64,000 bases of DNA from Octopus sinensis (Eukaryota): assembly GCF_006345805.1 (NCBI RefSeq), contig NC_043009.1:62992001-63056000 (forward strand), read 5' to 3'. A program made the translations under genes and the position numbers. Position 1 is the stretch's first letter; every line of letters begins with the position of its first letter. Below are positions 56,736-64,000 of the stretch, piece by piece. A model generated the notes under the pieces. The model searched no databases. It was not told the DNA's origin and was given only the letters and a program-made list of their open reading frames with translations.

Positions 56736-57011
56736 ATGTGTGTGTACACATACATATACAAGCATATATATATATATGTATATGTATGTATGTATAATTA
56801 TACACACACGCAACCAAGGTGCATTTCATTCCTGGCTCTCTTTTCTCATTTCGTATCTCCTTTCCTCCTTTCGTTTTTTCCTTGTCTTTGCCTGGACTTT
56901 CTTCTTGTATCCGACGAAGGACTCTTGCCCAAAATGTTATAAGTTCACTGCATTACTTTTCCCTTCTTTGAACGTCAACCTCGTAACGGACTTTTGCTGA
57001 TTTTGTGTGAT

Positions 57012-57014
<3 letters not shown>

Positions 57015-57043
<29 letters not shown>

Positions 57044-57610
57044 CATACAAACGTATGTACGTACATACATACACACACACACACACATACATACATACAT
57101 ACATACATACATACATACATACATACATACATACATGCATACACACATACATACATGCATACATACATGCATGCATGCATACATACATGCATACATACAT
57201 ACATACATACATACATACATGCGTAGGTACGTACATACATACATACATACATACATACATACATACATACACACATGCATACATACACACATGCATACAT
57301 ACACACATACATACGTACATACATGCATGTATACGTACATACATACATACATACACACATACGCATCACACACACATGTATATATATATGTGTGTGTGTG
57401 TGTATATATATATATATTTACACACATTTATGTATTCATGTGTACACACGCACGTTTATGTGTGCATGCATGCTTGTAAGTACGTGTGTGTGTATGTGTG
57501 TGTACGTGTGTGTGAGTGTGTGTCTTCGTGCATGTGTGAGTGTGTGTGTGTTGTGTGTGTGTGTGTGTGTGTGTGTGCACTCTCGCGCGCACGTGTGTGT
57601 GTGTATACAG
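57015..57610 (+). repeat. (ACAT)n / (CA)n / (GT)n compound microsatellite
   Basis: Direct reading. Confidence 0.95.
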
Positions 57611-57974
57611 TGTTTGGGAAAACCGCCAACATTCACTCGTGTGTTTACTCTAGCGTGTCGTAAGGCTGGGATAAACAAGAATACTTAAGGAACACTTTTC
57701 TTGATAATAATGATAGCAGCATCAGGCTGAGCTTCCAAGCAAACCATAGCAATGATCAACGAACTGTGTCAAAGAGAAAAACCAACGTTTTTGAAGCGGT
57801 ATTTCACTAAGTGATACATTCCCAGAGAAAATTCCATCGGGGGTTCCTTTCTCTTTCTATTTTCCTTTTTTTTTGTTTAAAGAAAAGGGTAACTTAAGCA
57901 TGAAGTATTCAGTTTTAAGTGTAAAGAATCGCAAAACTTAACTGTCAGGCGTTATCAAAAATGTAAAGCGAATA

Positions 57975-58168
57975 TTTATTTACTCTTTTACTTGTTTCAG
58001 TCATTTGATTGCGGCCATGCTGGAGCACCGCTTTTATAGTCGAGCAAATCGACCCCAGAGCTTATTCTTTGTAAGCCTAGTACTTATTCTATCGGTCTTT
58101 TTTGTCGAACCGCTAAGTTACGGGGACGTAAACACACCAGCATCGGTTGTCAAGCGATGTTGGGGCGA

Positions 58169-58252
<84 letters not shown>

Positions 58253-58415
58253 CGACGAGCCTTTTTCAGTTTCCATCTACCAAATCCACTCACAAGGCTT
58301 TGGTCAGCCCGAGGCTATAGTAGAAGACACTTGCCCAAGGTGCCACGCAGTGGGACTGAACCCGGAACCACGTGGTTGGTAAGCAAGCTACTTACCACAC
58401 AGCCACTCCTGCGCT
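57975..58415 (-). mobile_element. SINE family C
   Basis: Full-length reverse-complement copy. Confidence 0.88.
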
Positions 58416-59024
58416 TGTGATTTTAACTTTCACAGCGGATGTGTGTGTGTGTGTGTGTGAGCGAGTGCGCATAATTTCTAACATTGGCTCTGGGTCAGAC
58501 GCTACACAGGTTTTTTTGACGTTTCCACTTCATCTGGCGACTGGTGACCTCTTCACCTCTACATGGATTCTTTTTATAGCAGTTACTCTATTTATGGCAG
58601 AATCTTAAGAATAAATTACAATTTTAAAGACTCTAATAATAATATATTCGTACCATCGGCCAAAACAGGAAATCCTGGCAGGAGACCAACGTACACGCGC
58701 TCGCACAGACACACACACACACGTACACAGGCGTCCACACACACACACAGCTGCAAAAGACTCATCTCCCGTGCAAGATGCTAACCCCATCACCACTACC
58801 AAAAGAAAAAAAGGAAAAGAAAATTATCCACATCTTCAAGTCAATAAACCGAGATGCCAATACGTTTGTAACAGATCTGGACACGGTTGACAGAGTTAAA
58901 CGCTTAACGCTCCGCGCAACTCACGCGAGATGTAAGAAACACACTCTTCTATGATAACCGTATTTGCAAGTTATTAAATCCCACAATGTCTGAAATCGGC
59001 AGAGTAAGCAAACAGAGCCGAAGC

Positions 59025-59243
59025 AGAATCATCATCATCATTATCATCATCATCATCATCATCATCACCATCACCATCATTAAACAACATCATCATCATC
59101 ATCATCATCATCATCATTATCATCATCATCATCACCATCATCATCACCATCATCACCATCATCATCATCATCATCATCATCATCACCATCGTCATCATCG
59201 TCGTCATCATCATCATCATCGTCAACATCATCACCATCGTCAC

Positions 59244-59280
<37 letters not shown>

Positions 59281-59354
59281 GTGAACATCATCATCACCAT
59301 CGTCAACATCATCATCATCATCGTCAACATTATCATCATCGTCGACATCATAGC

Positions 59355-59398
<44 letters not shown>
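59025..59398 (+). repeat. (CAT)n microsatellite
   Basis: Direct reading. Confidence 0.95.
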
Positions 59399-60039
59399 AG
59401 AAAGCAGCTAAATCCCTCCTTTTGGACGTGATGCTACATCCGTCATTAAAAGGGTTACTAAAATGAACGACAGACACCTATACAAGCCGACACACATCAA
59501 CATCGTGGAGTTCTATATTCAATAATTAAACACCTATTTTTAAAAGCACTTTTGTCCACAAGAAAGTACACTACGATAACCGAACAGTAAACCAGGGTCA
59601 TAACGCACAACTTAAGATCTTTGCTTTGCTGAAGCCCCACAGACAAAAACCAAACAATGATAAACATATCTCGATCTGATGATGGGTAGGCAGCAAAGAT
59701 TCAGTTGAATAAACGTCATCAATCTTTTATACACCATTGCGCGAATGTACGAATCTTCTGACATGCAATTGTATTAATATCACAACTTGCCCTCTCTTTT
59801 GCCTTACAAAATTTGTTGTGTACTTCATAGATGCCTTCAAAATATATTCAGTGTATTTTGTTCTGCGTTCTTAATGTACATATGTGTGCATGCATGTTGG
59901 AGTTATATGCTTACTGACATGCGTTAGTGTGTATGTGTGTGCATGTATGTGTAAATATGTATGCATAAATGATTAAAAGAATTTAAAATACATACAAACA
60001 ATGTTAAAGATGCATGTCACTTTGTGGTCTGGAAAAAAG

Positions 60040-60420
60040 TGTTCAAATTATAGAAAGGAAGTCCATTGGACAGCGGTTGAAATAATTTCAACCCGGAACA
60101 GCTTCGTACAAAAAGTGCAGGAAGAGGGGATTAAGGAAGTTGGTTCAGGTGATATTCGGGATTTACAGCATACTGATAATCAGCCCCTCATCTACGAAGA
60201 ACATCAAGAATTAAGAGAACGCAAGTGTCTGATTCAGGAAGCAAAGAGACCCCTCCACAACAGAGATGTTAGTGATGTAAATTCGTGTTTTAAGAGAGCC
60301 TTTCAGAAAAATATCCAACTTTTGAACAACATATGCAAGTTTCAAGATCTGCAATGATAGCATTGAATCTTTATAAGGGAGAGTCACAGGCTTGTAAGAA
60401 GAAGCAAAGCAGTCGACCCT
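60040..60420 (+). mobile_element. Possible Tigger/pogo transposase C-terminal remnant
   Basis: GIKEVGSGDIRDLQHTDNQPLIYEEHQEL resembles the Tigger F.EV...D..ELL......LT.E.L.EL motif; recognised from memory only. Confidence 0.4.
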
Positions 60421-60544
60421 TGACGCCATTTTTATTAAAATGAAAATCTTACAAAATCAGTAGCTCCAAATTTATTTATTTTTATTTCGTCTTTCTTTTT
60501 TTCCGCAAAAACTAAAGAAAGCATGTATGTTTGAATTACATATA

Positions 60545-60626
60545 CTTTTGCTCTACGTGTATATGTATGTATGTATGTATGTATATGTATGTATGTATGT
60601 AGTATGTATGTATGTATGTATGTATG

Positions 60627-60679
<53 letters not shown>

Positions 60680-60680
60680 G

Positions 60681-60712
<32 letters not shown>

Positions 60713-60836
60713 ATGGTATGTATGTATGTATGTATGTGTGTGTGTATATATATAAAATTTAAAATTGAATAAGGGTAGAAATTGATATTAATCAATTAAA
60801 ACCAGTGGCCTAGCATATTAAAAAATCCGAAGATTA

Positions 60837-60869
<33 letters not shown>

Positions 60870-60929
60870 ATATATATATACATAAAGATATATATATATA
60901 TAATATATAATATATATATATATATATAA

Positions 60930-60975
<46 letters not shown>
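60545..60975 (+). repeat. (TATG)n/(TA)n microsatellites
   Basis: Direct reading. Confidence 0.93.
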
Positions 60976-61668
60976 TTATAATGCCATATTATGTCTTTCA
61001 ATGATTGAAAGGAATTATCTGTATAAAAAAAAAATTCCCGACAGCTTATATATATGAAAACCGTCCGTGTATTTTATATAAGATGAAAACAATCATATTT
61101 ACGGGAAAACATAATAACCATTGATGCAAGAAATGAAATTCGTGAACAGTTTTCACAATCTCCAAATTTGTCTCGCCGCACATTCTCGCGTGGATGTGAT
61201 GTAAAATAAATCACCGCTAGTCCCACATTGTTGCCAAAATTTCTTCTTGGCGAGTATCCCTCGTCCTTCTTTGGTCTTTGTATACATGCTGTTATCGTTT
61301 GGTTAAAACAAAATTGGGTGAAAGATTGACAACTTCGTGAGATCAAGGCCCACGTCCAAGCTTGATTGGATATCAAGCGTGTTCCTGGCAATATCCGATG
61401 TCTTATAATGGGCGAAATTGTTTTCTACGTGTGATCGCCGATCCCAATCAAGCAACATTTTCCTGCACCCTTTTCAGCTGATGTTTCTGAAATACGTAAC
61501 ACATCATTCGAAGGTTTTATACAAGCAGGTGTCTGTGGATGTGGCATAAGGAGGGAGTTCTTTATGCTCTTTTTATCAAATTCTTGTCTGTCACTGTCGT
61601 CACTTTCACTTTCTATCTCAATTTACTTTCATTTTTTAGGACAATTTACTTTCACTTTTTTTCTTACG

Positions 61669-61905
61669 ATGGCAAACTGGATGTTAAACACGGTCATATT
61701 TTTACATATATTGTCGAGCAGTATATTACTGGTATCGGCATATAACTGGTCAGAATGTTACAGTTGGTTTCGCGCCAACGATTGCACCTTAGCAAAATTC
61801 TTCAGACGTACTGTACACAGCCTCTTTTATACTGGAGACATATATATAGACTCTGGGCGGGTTCCGCATAAAAGAGTCTTTGTGTTTCTGAGTCAGTATG
61901 TCTGA
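61669..61905 (+). CDS. Candidate first coding exon of an unidentified secreted or membrane protein (or pseudo-exon)
   Basis: Long pyrimidine tract and AG at 61638-61639; ACGATGG start context; signal-peptide-like MANWMLNTVIFLHILSSSILLVSA followed by YNWSECYSWFRANDC; donor candidates at 61896 (GTATGT) and 62038 (GTAAGT). Confidence 0.3.
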   Translation: MANWMLNTVIFLHILSSSILLVSAYNWSECYSWFRANDCTLAKFFRRTVHSLFYTGDIYIDSGRVPHKRVFVFLSQYV

Positions 61906-63524
61906 AGAGTTGTCAATATTACCAAAGAGCGAATAATTGTTACAAAACCGTTGGTTGCATTCAGGCCAGTCGTATACCATAATCAGTAATATATTGCTCA
62001 ACACCTGAAAGAATTTGCGAAACGGCCGTAACCTTATGTAAGTTACTCGGTCAAATAAATCTCTCTTCATCTCTCATATATCTTGATTTATGTTTTATAT
62101 ACTCCGCAAAGAATAATCTCAAGGATTTTCAGTCACGTGTACATTTTACATTACACTACATTATAATTGATTACTATATAGGATGATAGCCGAGTCCGTA
62201 TGAGGAGCTTACTGTGATACCTGCATGATTCTCTGAATCCATGTCTGGCACTACCCGACTACTCATTTATATCTGTGTGTGTGAGTATGTGTGTATGCAT
62301 CTACACACACGCACGCACTCATATGTAAGAAGTAAATAAAACTAAATGAAAATGTGTTTATTCACTAAAGTGCAACTTGTTGACTATCTTTTTATGTATT
62401 TATGAAGTATATACACTTGTTCATGGCAATGCTCCAGCAAAACCTTAACCAAGATGGCAAAAACCTACTAAAGACCTACAGAATGTCAAAAATACACTGA
62501 CAAAAACGAAAGAAAAATCACCATTTCCCTCTCTCATAAACTGCTGATTGAGTTCACGTACGTAATTCCCGCTAAACCTAAGCTGATTACTCTTCATCAA
62601 AGGATCGACTCTGTTCAACGAATGTAATCTATTCTATATCTATAACTTTAATTAGTAATTTAGTAATTGAAATAAACGAAGTATTTTGTAGAAAAGCAAA
62701 ACTTAAGAAACGAGCACGTGAAAATTTAGTAGTTATTTATGGTTATCTCTCTTAATCTGAGTATCCATCCTGTCGGTACAATGTCTCTTGAGGCCAAAAT
62801 AAATAAACATAATAAAAAAATGAAGACAGATAGTTTGAAATTGGGTTTTGAGAATAAATGTCTACTGTCAACGATCAGATTAAAAAACGGAGAATGTCTG
62901 TCGGAGTCATGTTCCATATGTATAGGTAATTTTACTGTCAAGAAAATAGATTAAAATGTAATGAGTTGAAATAATAGGAAAAAAACCAATTTGCTAGATG
63001 ACTGTGTGTACTAATTTCATAGCAGTGAGTCACTCAATTGAATGGCCAGCTTAAAACGTGAGGTGAGTTAATCGCGCGCACAACAGGCGATCGATCAGCC
63101 GATAGATCAATAAGTACTAGCTGCAAGAAGTGTTGCCCGCGTTTTCCACAGCCGAGAGGGCAACAAGTAAGCATGCATGTGGTAGCTGGGCCTGCTAGAA
63201 ATAGCAGTCAGATCTCTCTTAAATCACAGCCTATGGTTTTCAATAAGGAAAACACTTATGATTTCAACATACTTGCACCACTAAAAAATAAATAAATGAA
63301 TTAAAAATAACAAAGCTAACGAGGTGGTCATGGTTGGAATATCATGGCTGGACAATCAAGGTTGATCTATGGTGAAACAGTAATAACAACGAAGTGAGTG
63401 CATTTGGTGCAATATTAGTCAGTGTTTATGAATCACAGAAATATTACAATCTCAGTTGTGTCTTTACAACATTGTTCTCTGACGTAAGGGTTACAAGTTG
63501 AGTAACGGTTCGCAAATAGAACAT

Positions 63525-63831
63525 ACCTGTGTAGTAAGTAGCTTGCTTCCCAACCACATGGTTCCGGGTTCAGTCCCACTGTGTGGCACCTTGGGCAAGT
63601 GTTTCTTCTACTACAGCCTCGGGCCGACCAAAGCCTTAAGTGTGGAGTTGGTAGACGGAAACTGAAAGAAGCCTGACGTAAATGTATATACACACGCACA
63701 TACACACGCTTGGGCGTGCGTGCGTGCGTGTGTGTGTGTGTGTGTGTGTGTTCCCCCACCCCACCACTGGATAACCGTAACTGGTCATTCTCTGCCGCTT
63801 TTGTGATGGAACTTTGACACACGCACGCACA

Positions 63832-63881
<50 letters not shown>

Positions 63882-64000
63882 GGATCAGGCAAGGCTGTGA
63901 AGTAAGCAGTTTACTTCCCAATCACATAGTTTCAAATTCAGACCCACTGCCTGACACCTTGAGCAAGTATCTTCAGCTGTAGCCCTGAGCCACTCAAAAC
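63525..64000 (+). mobile_element. Family C SINE copies (one partial, one truncated by the window end) with (GT)n/(CA)n
   Basis: GTAGTAAGTAGCTTGCTTCCCAACCACATGGTTCCGGGTTCAG and a second head at about 63890. Confidence 0.8.

Noticed and set aside
56937-57688. Poly-(MYVC)/(HTYI), poly-His, poly-Ile and poly-RE ORFs here and elsewhere
   Set aside because: Microsatellite translations.

Overview
Eukaryotic, AT-rich, repeat-dense genomic DNA, very likely from an octopus-type cephalopod (inferred from the SINE families and microsatellite load, not checked against a database). One protein-coding gene can be reconstructed: a + strand proteolipid family gene (M6 / GPM6A/B / PLP-DM20), join(5624..5627, [6262..6324], 10394..10550, 14819..14978, 16102..16264, 19866..19957, 21142..21207, 23294..23389). 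It encodes 245 aa without, or 266 aa with, the 63-nt exon. The rest of the window is four tRNA/RTE-related SINE families, decayed transposons (piggyBac, mariner, pogo/Tigger, hAT, Tx1/L1, CRE, RTE, Penelope, Helitron-like), two large CpG-rich satellite blocks (34-bp unit at about 28.5-31.1 kb; about 52-bp unit at about 48.8-54.6 kb) and microsatellites. Most ORFs in the supplied track are repeat artefacts. The most notable observations are: several type I hammerhead-ribozyme motifs in Penelope-like ends, including a near-intact one antisense in an M6 intron; a composite satellite whose two arrays carry the same 9-mer in opposite orientations; a SINE concatemer directly upstream of the M6 start; promoter-like islands in an M6 intron and at 38.4-40.7 kb; and candidate secreted-protein exons. 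Repeat boundaries were read by eye and are approximate (about 10-30 bp).
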